Source: Octopus vulgaris (lineage: Eukaryota). Taken from it: a DNA stretch of 64,000 nt. Position 1 is the first letter of the stretch, and the number at the start of each line of letters is the position of its first letter. Below are positions 1-14,298 of this stretch, in pieces. Under the pieces are notes generated by a model, which saw only the letters and a list, made by a program, of their open reading frames with translations, was not told the DNA's origin and ran no database searches. The stretch is taken from contig OX597824.1 in the NCBI GenBank assembly GCA_951406725.2, positions 43,276,001 through 43,340,000 of the forward strand, written 5' to 3'. Position numbers and translations under genes: made by a program.

Positions 1-199
1 CATCCATCCATCCATCCATCCATCCATCCATCCATCCATCCATCCATCCATCCATCCATCCATCCATCCATCCATCCATCCATCCATCCATCCATCCATC
101 CATCCATCCATCCATCCATCCATCCATCCATCCATCCATCCATCCATCCATCCATCCATCCATCCATCCATCCATCCATCCATCCATCCATCCATCCAT

Positions 200-280
<81 letters not shown>

Positions 281-291
281 TATATATATAT
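1..291. repeat. Compound microsatellite (CATC)n-(TA)n-(GATA)n
   Basis: Read directly from the sequence. Confidence 0.98.
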
Positions 292-796
292 AATTGTACG
301 GATTTTAGTCATTGAAATTGCTGCATCATTAACAAAGGTTCACGTCGATCTTATCTACACAGCAGCTAATTATATCTCACTCTGAGTTTCGATCCGTTAA
401 GCTACGCAGTGCAAGGAAAGATAGTTTAAACAACAACACTCTAGACCAGCGTTAACAAAAAGCTTTATCATAAAAATATTACACATTATAAATAAACCAC
501 TGCTGAAAGTTCAACGTCAAGACAAACTTGATTGAGCAGACACGTGATTAAAGGCGTTCCAGCATATATTATCAAGCATTTTACAACTTGGTCAATGTTT
601 TTGTTGTTTTTCATTTGCAAGGGAGAAATTTGTGCGAATTTAGCTGCTATTTCTGCCAAGTCGAACGATCGCGAAGCGTGTGAGAGAGAAAGAGAGAGAG
701 GCAAATTGTTTTGATTGCAAGTTTTTATTCTAGCCACGTCTCTATCCTAATAACAATTAGGGAAAATCATGCAGGTATAGAAAATACTGAACATGA

Positions 797-863
<67 letters not shown>

Positions 864-868
864 CGTGC

Positions 869-924
<56 letters not shown>

Positions 925-3429
925 CGCACTCGATGAAACAAAAGATAATATGACACGAGATGAGACTCTTAGACCCTCGCAATATGATCGTTACAAATAC
1001 TGGGATTTGTGTATGTAAATGTGTCGACAAAACTCTTTGTCTTAATATTATACTTAAATAGTTTATGCCAAGTGTTTTAAGACAGTAACAGAAGTGTTGA
1101 ATGATAGTGCTGTGATAAGGAACAAGAAAACGTATTACAATTCTGAGAAGTTTAAATGATTCTTCAAGCGATGGTGAAGATGTCAGTCATTTGTATTCGA
1201 AGTATTTGGAGCATCAATTAAAAATCTCAGTTGCATTTGAATCATAACTAGATATCAACTCAAAAGGGTTTCAGTTAACTTGGAGCATTATTAGCGATGG
1301 CTCATTAATCGATATTATTAGAAAATATCATGTCGTGGTGTAACGTTTAAAAGGTTTTAATATGAAGATAGTTAATATTAGCTATAGGCTTAATACTGAG
1401 AAGTCATTGATTAGTCGTTATAAAAGTTTTCAGTTATATTTTCTCATTAAATTTCAACCAATCAAATTTGACATATAAATTTATCGCAGCAATGCTTATT
1501 GAATATACAACCAGATTACACTAAGGTGAATACATTGCCATTGATTTGAAACTATGAAGAAACATACAGACAATTAGAGAACGAGCAAAATTTCATGGGA
1601 AAATTACGAAAAAAACCTATGGGCGATTCAAGAAATTTTTCTGGTGAGAAGTGAAAGAAGAAATTTATATAAAAACATAAAAACTAAAGTAAAATTAATG
1701 TCACTACTACCTGTGGCGATATACTGGGAAACATATCACTTGTGGATCCTGGAATCAATAGAGATATTGAAATGATTATATTAGGTTTCGAATTTATGAA
1801 AACTGACATCCATGGATGAAGGAAGAAAAGAAATTTACACCTAAAACACAAAGTTTTGACTGGCTATTGTCTACATTTGAAAATGCAGATTCTATGCTAG
1901 CTATCATACTTTTTGATTTTTCACATAATTAAGTGGAGACTTAAGTAGAATTGACTTAAAATCTTCTAACACATGAAAAACGCAATGTTGCAAGGGGATG
2001 AAAATAGAAAATCTTGATGATAATGTAAATCCTTGTTTGCTCGGACAACACTTTAAATTTTTGTTGTTATCAACGTGGTTATTTAACCCCCAGGTCATCC
2101 CTAATCACCCACACTCTTTATATAGCTAAAGTACATTACTCTACCTACCTTTATTTTCCAGGCAGAAGGTTGTGATTAAAGGAACCCTTTAATTGGTTTC
2201 AAGTTTAGTGTCATTCAAATGTTAGAGCTAGTTTCAGATCAGCACAAAGTGACAAGGCCTGAAAATATTAGAGACAATATCAAACATCAAATACGAAAAA
2301 ACTAAGGCGATATTGGTATAATAGATATAAAATATGCTACAAGGATATAAATCAATTTATCGTGTGAAAAATTATACTAGGGAGATACGAAGTAAACTAG
2401 GATTTCAGAAAAATTAAGCAAAACTAAACCTATCGTATTAAATGTAAGACAAATAGGAAATACATTTAATAATCAGACGGGGATATAATAAACTGGAAAT
2501 TGTTAAATCTTGGACTGTGGTCGCAGCAACATACAGCTTAAGTGGGGATATAGTAGAAGCTCGAAAAATAAACAACAAATGAATGCAAATAATTATAAAA
2601 AGCGAAATAAAATATGAAATAATTCATGATTGCATTATCCATAAGATGGCACACGATGTTTTCCATAGTGAAGCTAGGTTAAGATAGGATTATTACGCAA
2701 CTAGAGTTGACTAAAGAAAACAAATATTAATATAGGCATCTAAATCCACAACGATCTTCCAAAAATTGAAGGGCGACTTATTCAAAAAAATATCTGTTAA
2801 TAAATATTTATAAACCGGTACAACTATATTGCTCCGGTATTGCTGTAGAGTTTCGTATTGATAAATATGGCAGAGTTAATTTCCGATGAATCAAAGTTAC
2901 CAAGTCAGAAAACATTTGAGATTAAATTGGCCAGACAGTATAAAACTACAGACATGAGAGGTACATATGAAAATACCCATCAGGAGAAGACAACAGATAT
3001 AGCAAAGGAATTATTCAAAAGAAATATATTCGATCGCATATTGTGATCTAATTATAGAAATGAAATATGGAAGATAAGATTGCTTTGGTACTTTTTTAGA
3101 AATGACTGGAATGATTGTTGTACATCGTCCGTATAATCATCTGAACGATTGATAATTAACTCAAAATGGTCACGTAGATTTAAAAAAAACTTTTATCGAA
3201 CAAAAGTTGACACACCTAAGCAAACGAAAGAGAGTTACATACTCTCATTAACTATACCAAATGTCTTGAAACCTTTAACGAGTACCGCACCCTCGAGAAA
3301 GAATTACACACACACATATATACACACACAAATCAAAAATACGTCGTAAATCCGAATAAATAAAGATTATAAATCGCCATATTTATCTCCATAAGAACTC
3401 TTTAAATGAATCAATACTCTAGAAGCTAT

Positions 3430-3915
3430 GGAATAATACAATGGAATAGCAACAGAAAAAAGAGAGAAAGTAACCATACTGTGGGATACATACAATTAGA
3501 GAAATTAAGGCCAATAGGCCAGATATAATTGTCAGAGATCACCAACAAAAAAAAATGCTTTCTAATCGATGTATCAATACTAACAGATGACAATGTTTTT
3601 CTAAAGAAACGTAGAAACTTTCAAAATACAAAGAACTGGAAATAGAGGTAACTCGAATGTGGAGCCTAAAAACAGAAACAATTCCCATGATAGTAGGCGC
3701 ATTGTGTATGATACAAAATTTTCAGACAAATAAATAACAAAAACACCAGGACATACAAGTATATATAACATACAGAAAATAGCACTACGAGGCAACGGAC
3801 ACATCCTATGTAATACAATTTCAATACAGTGAAAATAAGAGCACCACAACAGATCATAGCACATACCCAAAACACACAGGCTGTACTCAGTAGTGCAGTG
3901 AAAGCAAATGATAAA
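3430..3915 (+). mobile_element. R4/Dong-like non-LTR retrotransposon 3' end (restriction-like endonuclease), degenerate
   Basis: Translates across frameshifts as ILWD..REIKANRPDIIVRD..CFLIDVS...KLSKYKELEIEVTRMWSLKTETIPMIVGAL, a PD-(D/E)xK RLE motif. Followed by a short 3' UTR and a (TAA)n tract. Confidence 0.85.
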
Positions 3916-3919
3916 AATA

Positions 3920-3960
3920 AAATAATAATAATAATAATAATAATAATGATAGTAATAATG

Positions 3961-4037
<77 letters not shown>
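3920..4037. repeat. (TAA)n microsatellite between two Dong-like fragments
   Basis: Read directly from the sequence. Confidence 0.95.
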
Positions 4038-4039
<2 letters not shown>

Positions 4040-4044
4040 AAATG

Positions 4045-4958
4045 AACCTGGGATACCATCTAAAGGGAAAATCTCAAACAATCAACCACCTCCTCTTCAT
4101 GGATGACTTGAAACTGTATGGCAAAGATGAGACACAAGTGAGTTCCTTATTGAACATGATCCGCTGTTTTAGTACTGATATTAGAATAGAATTTGGACTC
4201 AAGAAGTACGGAATAATCTACCAAAAAAAAGAGGCAAGGTACAGACCCTAGCAGTGACTGAATAGAGACTTGATTAAACAAACTGAAACGGAGGGATACA
4301 AATACCTTCGTGTACTGGAATTCAAGGAGATAACGGAAAAGGAAATGAAAGAGCAACTAAGGATGGAGTATTTCTGAAGACGTAGGTTGGTGTTGAGTTA
4401 TAGCATCACTTCGGTATGGAGCGGTAATTATAAAATGGCAAAAGAGAGAAGCGAAGAAAATGGATACCAAGACCAGAAAAATGGTGACAGTACACGTAGC
4501 CTTCCACACAGAGTGACACCGATAGGTAGTGCTTATCCAGAAGAAAGGGTGGGAGAGTTTTGATCAGTTGCCAGGACTGTAACAAAGCAGAGAAAAACAT
4601 CAGAGTGTGGTATATAAAAAGTGCCATGGAGCTACTATTGAAAAACACGAAGAAGACCAGCATCATCAAAACTGAAAATTGTGTAACGAAAGAAAAATTT
4701 AAACAAGAAATTAAGAAAATAAAAAAGGCAAAAGCATGGAAGAAAAAAGAAAATGTACGGCCAGTTTGCAAGAGATGTGGACGCGAACACAGATACAGAA
4801 GACCGGTGGCTATGGATTAGGAGGAGTGAACTGAAGATAGAGACAAAAGCACTAATATGCATAGCTCAGGAACAAGCGTAAGGACAAACTATATGAAGTG
4901 CAGAATAAACAACACTACCGATAGCGACAAATGCAGAATGTGTGGTGAGAGCGGTGAA
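4045..4958 (+). mobile_element. R4/Dong-like RT C-terminal and zinc-knuckle fragment, pseudogenised
   Basis: Contains INHLLFMDDLKLYGK...FSTDIRIEFGLKK, RRKGGR, AQEQA.RTNYMKCRI and DKCRMC, with multiple stops and frameshifts. Confidence 0.85.
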
Positions 4959-4959
4959 A

Positions 4960-5504
4960 TTTTGGGGGAGGGGACTAATCGATTACATCGACCCCAATAC
5001 TCAAATGGTACTCATTTTAATAACCCCGAAAGGATGAAAGGCAAAGTCGACCCCTGTAGTATTTGAACTCAGAAGGTGAAGACGAACGAAATACCTATTC
5101 CTTTACTACTCACAAGGGGCTAAACACAGAAGGGACAAACAAGGACAGACAAACGGATTAAGTCGATTACATCGACCCCAGTGCGTAACTGCTACTTATT
5201 TAATCGACCCCGAAATAATGAAAGGCAAAGTCAACCTCGACGGAATTTGAACTCAGATCGGAGCGACGGGTGAAATAGCTATTTCTTTACTACCCACAAT
5301 GGGCTAAACACAGAGAGGACAAACAAGGACAGACAAACGGATTAAGTCGATTATAACGATCCCAGTGCGTAACTGCTACTTAATTTATCGAAAGGATGAA
5401 AGGCAAAGTCGACCTCGGCGGAATTTGAACTCAGAACGTAACGGCAGACGAAATACCGCTGAGCATTTCGCCCAGCGTGCTAACGATTCTGCCAGCTCGC
5501 CGCC

Positions 5505-5506
<2 letters not shown>
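4960..5506 (-). mobile_element. tRNA-headed SINE with internal ~180 bp tandem module (family A)
   Basis: Minus-strand head GGCGGCGAGCTGGCAGAATCGTTAGC. The repeated module GATTACATCGACCCC...GGATGAAAGGCAAAGTCGACC also occurs at 17.1, 32.7 and 50.1 kb. Confidence 0.8.
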
Positions 5507-5582
<76 letters not shown>

Positions 5583-6337
5583 GTAATAATAATAATAATA
5601 ATAGAATTCTAGAAACGTAGAGCACAAGCATTTATTTACGCTCTTTACATGTGAAGTTCAAATCCTATTAGAATAAGCTTTGATTTTTATACTTTGAGCG
5701 CAATAAAATGAGTAGCAATTAATAGTAATGAGGTCAATATAATCGATAGTGCTCTCCTACAAAAGTGAGTAGCCTTGTGCCTGTAGTAGAAATCATTATC
5801 ATAGTGGTGTGAGATTGTTTTAACTATTGATTATAAGGGCGTTTCCTTTTTGGCATTATATTTGCTTTCATGAAAGGAGTTGCCCTTATTCTGAAATTAC
5901 ACGGCTGATAATTAAGTGTGGACAAAGTATATTTTATCTAATTAACCCCTAAAAAGACCCCTCTTTTATTCTGAGTGTTCACTTGGTTTCTATCCTGTAC
6001 GTGTGTCATCTAGTTTGTTTGAGTTATAGGTGGAGGTGATATTTATTCTCAGGTTTAATTCATAAGTACTTGTTTGTTTGCCTATTACTATCAATTAAGT
6101 TGTGATTTATGCGTGTAATCTTACTATGTAATACTGCAGTGGTAGAGGATATTAAATGGAACAAATTAAAGAAGGATTACAGTGACAATCTCGTAGCAAT
6201 TTCATAGGGAAACAATATTTGACTTCGAACACATATAGAGTTTACCATGTGTCGTATAAATCTGTCGCGTTTTCAGATATGCAATCACGCGCGCGCGCAC
6301 ATACCCACACATACACACTAACATACACGCACACAAT

Positions 6338-6368
<31 letters not shown>

Positions 6369-6934
6369 ATGTGTGTGTGTGTGAAAGAGAGAGAGAGAGA
6401 GAGAGCGAGCGATAATGTCAGCAGCAGCAGCAGCAATTTATATATAAAAACGCTACGTGTCTTTGTAAATGTGTACCTCTTTTGTGAGTAACACTAGCGT
6501 TTGAGGTTGTTGAATGTGTTCCAATTTATAAGATTTACTTTGTAAAACATTCGACACTAGCTAGAGTTACTCCGGCGTATATATACGTATATATATATAT
6601 ATAAAACGTAGACGATAATATTTTCAGCCGAGACATTGCGACTGTATCTGTTCAAGAACTACAATTCTGTGTATGTACATGTATTTACTAATTGCTAACA
6701 TTTATCAATAATTTGTCCCATTGTTTTGACGCACCGTTTTCTATCATTAATAAAACTGTCACCGCTTTTGACCACACGGGAATGTTAGTAAGAAATATTT
6801 AAGCAGAAAACGAAAAACGAAACAAGAAACAAAATTGGTAACTGACAGAAACATCTAATTGTGGACGTTTTCAAGGTAGGCCTGCTTCATGACAAATGCA
6901 TAACTTTTTCAGATTACATAATAAGGAGTAGGTA

Positions 6935-7085
6935 AGGATGTGTGATTAAGAAGCTCGCTTTGCAACCATGTCATTTTGGGTTCAGTCCCAATGCACGGCA
7001 CTGTATGAAAGTTACTTTAACCCCGTGCAGAGCAATACCTTCTGGGTGAATTTCGTTGAAGGAAACTTTGTGAAAGCTCATTGTA
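6935..7085 (+). mobile_element. Degenerate CORE-type SINE head (family B)
   Basis: AAGAAGCTCGCTTTGCAACCATG..TTGGGTTCAGTCCCA resembles the copies at 24.0, 27.0, 38.5 and 40.3 kb. Confidence 0.6.
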
Positions 7086-7086
7086 C

Positions 7087-7224
<138 letters not shown>

Positions 7225-8029
7225 TATTACAAAAGAGTTACTAACAGTTTCAGGCTTTAAGTTACATTAAATTGACTGATTTATATTACATACCATGTAT
7301 CTCAAAGCGCTCTTTCACGCTCGGTTAATAACGTTAGATGAATTTGACACTGGTCAATGAAATTATATGAGAAAATAAACGAGAAGAAAATGAAATAAGA
7401 CAAACACGCGAAGAAGGTTGATGCAAAAAAAAATAGAACAAGAAAAGAAAAGTAGGAAAAGTGAAGGTAGCCATGTATGGGATTTGAACACCAAATGCAC
7501 ACCACATACAATCAAGTGACAAATCGTAGAGAAACTAACACCATATGTAAATGGATCAAATGGATGCAAGTTATCCGTAGCTGAAAGATCACCTTCTTAC
7601 GCTACTTAATTCCAGATCCGAAAATTTTAGCAAATACATGCACATGGACAGATTTCTTTTCTCGAAGTGGAGGACACTACCCGCTCCAGATTGAATAGAT
7701 GTCTCACAGACTTCGGACTCCTTTCTGCTACATTATTCTGCTGCAGCTACTTTAATTATAGCTTCTTTCTTTCACTTGTCTATCACACACCTCTTCTTGA
7801 CGCTTTTCTGTTCGTGTTTAAGGCTCAATAATATATATAAAAAAAAATATCTGCTTTATTTAATCTTTAACATACTCATCATTCTTCCCTATGTCCTGTT
7901 TTTCATCTGTCAATGAGCATTTTAATGACACGTTGATAACATTCATTAGGTTTAAAATTGAAAAAGGATTTTGACTTATTTTCCACTCCTGCTCACTCAT
8001 GAAGTAAGTCTTAATCGACACAAAGGATT

Positions 8030-8068
<39 letters not shown>

Positions 8069-8186
8069 TATATTGTATATAAATACCGTTAATCGGCTAT
8101 ATTTACATACCGAATTCTACCAGTAAATAATTGTTGGTTTTTTTAAAAACCATTATAGAAATTATTTACTCTTATTATTATATTAC

Positions 8187-8302
<116 letters not shown>

Positions 8303-8706
8303 CTAGACTAGATTATCCGTGATCCGTTAGGTCACCGACGGTGCAGGTTATAAAACATTGAAGCTGATTTCAACATTGCATTGAAATGAAAGTTAATTTT
8401 ATGATGATTCAGTTAAAAATTTCAATTTGTTCGTGTCATCATAGGTCTGGTTTCAAGTTGATGTCTAAGGTTTTATTGATTATTTAATGCATATAATAGA
8501 AATAGAACTTTCAGGATAAACTTGAACTCCAGTAACAGCATTTATTTATGGTATATGTGTACACTTCTACAAATAGGCAAAATGAATTGTTATATAACGT
8601 AAATTGTTATATAACGTAAATAGAAAATTTTCACCGTATTATATACTTCCATTTTAGGGCATATATATATGTATATTCCAAATTAGTGTGAATGTGTATA
8701 GAATAA

Positions 8707-8950
<244 letters not shown>

Positions 8951-9114
8951 ATATATATATAGGTTAGGAAAATTAGAGAAATTTTCTACCAGTGAGACTA
9001 GCATGCATGAAAAGTCATTAGACAACATATTTTAATAAGTGTACATTTATACACAAAAGAGGTAACTCTAATAGGACACCTTAGATGCTGAAAGGAGGAG
9101 TGAAAGCCCCAAAA

Positions 9115-9250
9115 CATTTCTAATTTCCGTCTACCAATTCCACTCACAAGGTTTCGGTCGTTCCACGGCTATAGTAGACCGTGTCACATAGTGGGATTGA
9201 ACTGGAAACCATGTGGTTCTAAAACAAGCTTCTCACAACACGGCCACGCC
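9115..9250 (-). mobile_element. CORE-type SINE head (family B)
   Basis: TTTCCGTCTACCAATTCCACTCACAAGG...GTGGGATTGAACTGGAAACCATGTGGTT is the reverse complement of the family B head. Confidence 0.75.
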
Positions 9251-9281
<31 letters not shown>

Positions 9282-9308
9282 ACACACACACACACACACA
9301 TATATATA

Positions 9309-9497
9309 TAGTTGAAATTTACAGAAAAACAAAAGATGGAGACAGGTATATAAACAACAAGCAGGTGTATTAGTTTGGCGCTCAGGAAGGTGAGAAAGTC
9401 TCTTACGTTTCGAACCTACGTTCTTCAACAGAGAGGAACACGAAGAAATAAACAAAGAGAGAATTAAAAAAAACTTTAGAAGTTAGTGAGCAATCAT
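9309..9497 (-). mobile_element. ~185 bp non-coding element carrying a minimal hammerhead variant (copy 1 of 3)
   Basis: Homologous to 16215-16392 and 36800-36983. Minus strand 9435-9400 reads ctct CTGTTGA A gaac gtag gttc GAAA CG TA agag. Confidence 0.75.
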
Positions 9498-9969
9498 ATG
9501 TGTGTGTGTATGTGTGTGTGTGTGTGTGATTGTGTGTGTATGTGAGAGAGTGTGTGTGTGTGTTTGTGCGTGCGCATGTGTGTGTGTTAATGTATGTATG
9601 TATGTGTGCATGTTTCGCTTAGCCATTGGTGTTAGAACTCAATAAACGTATGCTTTTCAATAAAGCGTTAATTGGGTATAGAACGTAATACGAAATCAAA
9701 TAAAGAACAAGAAATTATGCGACGAACTTCACTAGTTTACAGCTCTTTCTGCCATAACGTGCACTGTAATCAGAGTTGAATATTTGTGTATCACCTTCTA
9801 GCTTCCTCGGACCTTCAAAAGTGAAGTTTAGGGTTGAGAAAGTATTTACATATACAGAAAACAGAAAGGACCACCGCTGAAAAATACCAAATGACAGCAC
9901 CTTATAATAGAAGCATACGTTGCCAATGAAGTTCATTGCATGATTTCCTTATTTTTAATTCATTTATTG

Positions 9970-10014
<45 letters not shown>

Positions 10015-10016
<2 letters not shown>

Positions 10017-10330
10017 CGTGATCACCGTGACCGACCAGGCTATCAGATGTTGCTACACATCGCTGGTCACAATGCGCTTCGCATTGTTTTAGCCTTCAAA
10101 TGACGCCACCCCGCTGGCTAAGCGAGCAGGCCAACAGAAGAAAGAGTGAGAGAAAGTTGCGGCAAAAGAATACAGCAGGGATCGCCACCACCACCCCCTG
10201 CAGGAGCCTCGTGGAGCTTTAGGCGTTTTCGCTCAATAAACACTCACAACGCGCGGTCTGAGAATTGACACCGCAATCCTGCGACCGCGAGTCCGCTGCC
10301 CTAACCACTGGGCCACTGGGCCATTGCGGC
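10015..10330 (-). mobile_element. tRNA(Arg)-like-headed SINE (family C)
   Basis: Minus strand reads TGGCCCAGTGGTTAGGGCAGCGGACTCGCGGTCGCAGGATTGCGG (A-box and a TCG-like loop), followed by a SINE body. Lies between microsatellites. Confidence 0.75.
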
Positions 10331-10865
10331 CCCCCCCCACACACACATACACACACACATACATACATACATACATACATACATACATACATACATACAT
10401 ACATACATACATACATACATACATACATACATACATACATACATACATACATACATACATACATGCGAATTCATATACGGAATTTAGCGGAAAATGGCTC
10501 TTTGTCGGTTGATTTCAGCAATGAAGTATTCTAGCAAACCGATGAACTTTAACTGACTCAAAGAATTATAGCATATGAGGACGAGTATTTCCCAGTCACT
10601 TGTAATTTTCAGAGATAATCAGAGTAATATAGTGCGTGACAAGGTTTCAAACAATGTTAATTTGGGTTGGGTCTATGACATGAAACGCTTGCCGAATGTG
10701 TCATGGAATGGGATCGAACCCGAGATATTATGCCTGCAAAAGTACCACATTAACCACTCGGCTATGCACGCACACACAAATCACGGACATACATATATTT
10801 ATATGAATGCATGTGTACTTGTAGACACACATCCTCATATATACACACACACATACACGCGCGCG

Positions 10866-10922
<57 letters not shown>

Positions 10923-10926
10923 ACAC

Positions 10927-10960
<34 letters not shown>

Positions 10961-10961
10961 C

Positions 10962-10993
<32 letters not shown>

Positions 10994-11070
10994 CGCATGC
11001 ACACACAAACAAAGATACATATTCATGTTTGTCAGCAATCATTTATTCCAATGTGATGATTATGATTATT

Positions 11071-11119
<49 letters not shown>

Positions 11120-11730
11120 CAGCAGCAGCAGTAGCAGCAACACAAGCACCAGCTTTTATATTGTCTAATAATATGGGAGCGAAAGAGAGAGAGAGAGAAA
11201 TTGCCTGATGTCCTATTGACATCAGGCAATCAGGTGAAGTATTGATTATGTTCAACATAGTGACACAGATGACGCATTGCGATCATGGTGAAGATACTTA
11301 ACTCCTACTGGCTCAATCAATCTAGCTGCAAAGATGTACCACTGCAATTTGCCGGAGCACTGAATAATTAACGATCGCTTGTCATTAGATTGCTTTGCCG
11401 TGTCCATATCGTCCTGTAAAATATGGGTCCAGTCCCTTGCTGACAGAAGAGCTTGAGGTATGACCATTTTTGATAATACGGACAAAAAAATAATTAATCA
11501 TTTATTAAATGTGAAGATATGTATTTTCTGATTTCGGTTATGGTATAGACATTTGTCTTAGGTAGTAGTGTGCTGTAATTGAAAAATGTGCCTATCAGAT
11601 TATAAAAAAACATCATGATGTATTTCAGATGATGCAACAGATTCAACATGCACAGATACTCATGCATATATATATGTGTGTGTGTATGTGTGTGTATATG
11701 TATGTGTGTGTGTGTTGTATGTGTTTGTGT

Positions 11731-11799
<69 letters not shown>

Positions 11800-11805
<6 letters not shown>

Positions 11806-12590
11806 GTCAGGCCACTCTTAGACGCTACTGGTAACATGTAACCCTACAACTTGGCAACTAAACTGGCAACCCCATCAAGCTTGCTTGGTGAGGAGGGCGA
11901 TTGTTAGACACCCTGCAAGAAGGAAAATAAGACCTGTCAAAGGGCGGAAGAGCTCCTGAGCAGTCAACGGCATTCCAACTATATGTGTACATGTCTATGT
12001 ATGCACGTATGTATGCGCGAGGACGTGGAAATGCCCGGGATGTTGTCCAGGCGCGCGGTTGTCCCACTGGAAGTGGGAAGCTCGCTGTTATTGTCACAAC
12101 ATGTCCCTAGGAGAGGGAAACTCTGAGAGAAAACCTGCGACACTGACAATATTCAATGATGTAGACTAGTTCTTCTTTTTGAGTTTATGTTGTCCTTGTT
12201 CAGTGAGTGGGATTGGATTTGTGCAAATCCTTTCCCCACTCTAAAAAATCATCATGCACAGGCAGTGCTTGAAGAAAAAAGTAGCCGATCGTTGAAGACC
12301 AAGTCCGGCAGCAAAGACTACAGTGATGCGGCCACGTTTGCATGACGAGAACAGGAAGATCACTACATCAACTATTGTGGCGGCAGCGATCCATGCACGA
12401 GTGAATCCAGCACAGCGCACCAGAAAAGACATGTGCGAATCAAATTAAGAAAGCCCTAAAATCGTAGCGCCTCGACCTTGGACATGCTAAGGCCAGTGCC
12501 ATGGATCGGAAAGCGTGAAAAGACATCATCACCAGAGGGTGTCTTCCAGCAGCACCAACAGCAGTGAGAGGACAGCCTGAAGTACTTAAT
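11800..12590 (+). mobile_element. Probable internally deleted RTE-type LINE derivative
   Basis: GC-richer block whose 3' part resembles an RTE C-terminus (GHVC...RKDM..SN..AMDRKA*KDI). No intact ORF. Confidence 0.4.
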
Positions 12591-12670
12591 CAAACAAATT
12601 GAGGCAGTTGAGACGACAGACCCCAAACCCCGCCGGTCGCCAGGTAGGTATTAAAGAATAAGATAAGATA

Positions 12671-12703
<33 letters not shown>

Positions 12704-12709
<6 letters not shown>

Positions 12710-12930
12710 GCGTATACTAAGGATGACCACAAAGTGGACATCCAATATACTAGAAGATCACCTACGATATATCTACAAAGAAAAGAATGTTCTCTAGAGA
12801 AATTCAGCAAACATCTGGTGTTTGCGGAATTTCTCTAGAGAACATTCTTTCTTTGTATATAGATCGTAGGTGAACTTCTTCTAGCATATTAGATGTCCAC
12901 TTAGTGGTCACCCCTATTATACGCATGTAT
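12704..12930. repeat. Foldback inverted repeat (~108 bp arms) between (TA)n tracts
   Basis: ATACATGCGTATA...GAATGTTCTCTAGAGAAATTCAGCAAACA, a short loop, then TGTTTGCGGAATTTCTCTAGAGAACATTC...TATACGCATGTAT. Confidence 0.92.
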
Positions 12931-13028
12931 TACAATTTTTCTGAATTTTCAGATTTTTCTCTATGCTAGGTTTTAAATTGATTTTAATTAAATTAAAATT
13001 AATATTCAATTTATCCCCCTCATTAATT

Positions 13029-13090
<62 letters not shown>

Positions 13091-13094
<4 letters not shown>

Positions 13095-14296
13095 GTTGTT
13101 TCACATGAAATGTCGTATTTTTAATTACTTGTTATTTCAGTCATTTAAATACTCAATTATGTATACCTTGCATTTAATTTTGACTCTTTTTCCTTCTCAA
13201 CAATATTAGTAGTGAAAATTCGTACCCACAAACCTTATGACAATGATAACAGCCAAACTTTGTTGAGTGATTTTCTGGTATAAATACAAACTGCGTCACT
13301 CTACCGCAGAAGCTCTACGGAATATCAAGTGAGCCTTTGGTAATGTTTTTTTATTTTACATCAGAACTGTTCAGAGTTGATTCCAAAGCTCTCTTACATA
13401 AGATGATAGCCTTGAAAATAAACCAAGGGGCAGGCCAAAATCAGTTATTCGGCATGATGGATTAAATGCTTTGGTTGAACGAAATCCGAGAACAAAGGTC
13501 CGAAAATTTACATCAGAACTCCAAACATCTCGCACAACTGTTTTTGGACACCTGTAAAAAATTGGAAAAGTCAAGAAAACAGATGGGTTTGTTCCACATC
13601 AACTGAACGAGATAAAAAAAATGCCTCGAAGTGTACTCCTTATTGCTTTCTCAACTAGAAAAAGACCATTTCTGCATCAAATCATTACTTGTAATGAGAA
13701 ATGGATACTCTTTTACAACAGCAGCAGAACAGGACAGTGATTACATGCAGGAGAGTCACCTAAACACTACCCAAACCCACCATTACATCCTACAAAGTTA
13801 GTGGTCACTGTATGATGGTCTGCGAAAGAAGTTATTCACTATTCATTTTTGCATCATGGAAAAACGGTAACGGCAACATCGTATTGATTGCATGCATGTG
13901 ATTTTGAAAAATAAGCAACCCAGACTACTGAACAGAGATGGCCCAATTTTGTTCCACAACAATGCACGTCCTCACACTCCACAAGCTCCTGTTCAAAAGT
14001 TGCAAAGCCTGAATTTTGAGATTTTGCAACATCCTCCCTATTCCCCTGATATCTCTCCTATTGATCATCACTTAAAACATTCTTAAATAGAGAAGAGGTA
14101 ATTGAAGCACTCGGACAGTTTATCATAGCAGAAGATGAATGTTTTTAAAAGATGAATTATATGACATAGAGAAACGTTGGGTAAACGTCAGAAATGAACA
14201 TGGCGCATACTTTGATTAAATAAATCAGTTCTCTAACACTTCTGAAACATTTTATTGTTACCTTTCAAATATGACATTTCACGTGAAACAGCCTTA
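13091..14296 (+). mobile_element. Full-length defective mariner (DD34D) transposon
   Basis: TIRs TTAGGTTGTTTCACATGAAATGTCGTATTT and AAATATGACATTTCACGTGAAACAGCCTTA with TA flanks. Motifs GFVPHQL, ITCNEKW, FHNNARPH, HPPYSPDISPID. Several stops. Confidence 0.93.
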
Positions 14297-14298
14297 TA

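Noticed and set aside
370-415. Minus-strand GAAACTCAGAGTG, like the 3' half of a PLE hammerhead
   Set aside because: The 5' core is not recognisable and the triplet would end in G. Too degenerate to call.
1450-3050. Possible very old R4/Dong-like LINE remnants
   Set aside because: Only scattered W/NWK-like residues are visible; I could not reconstruct convincing motifs by eye.
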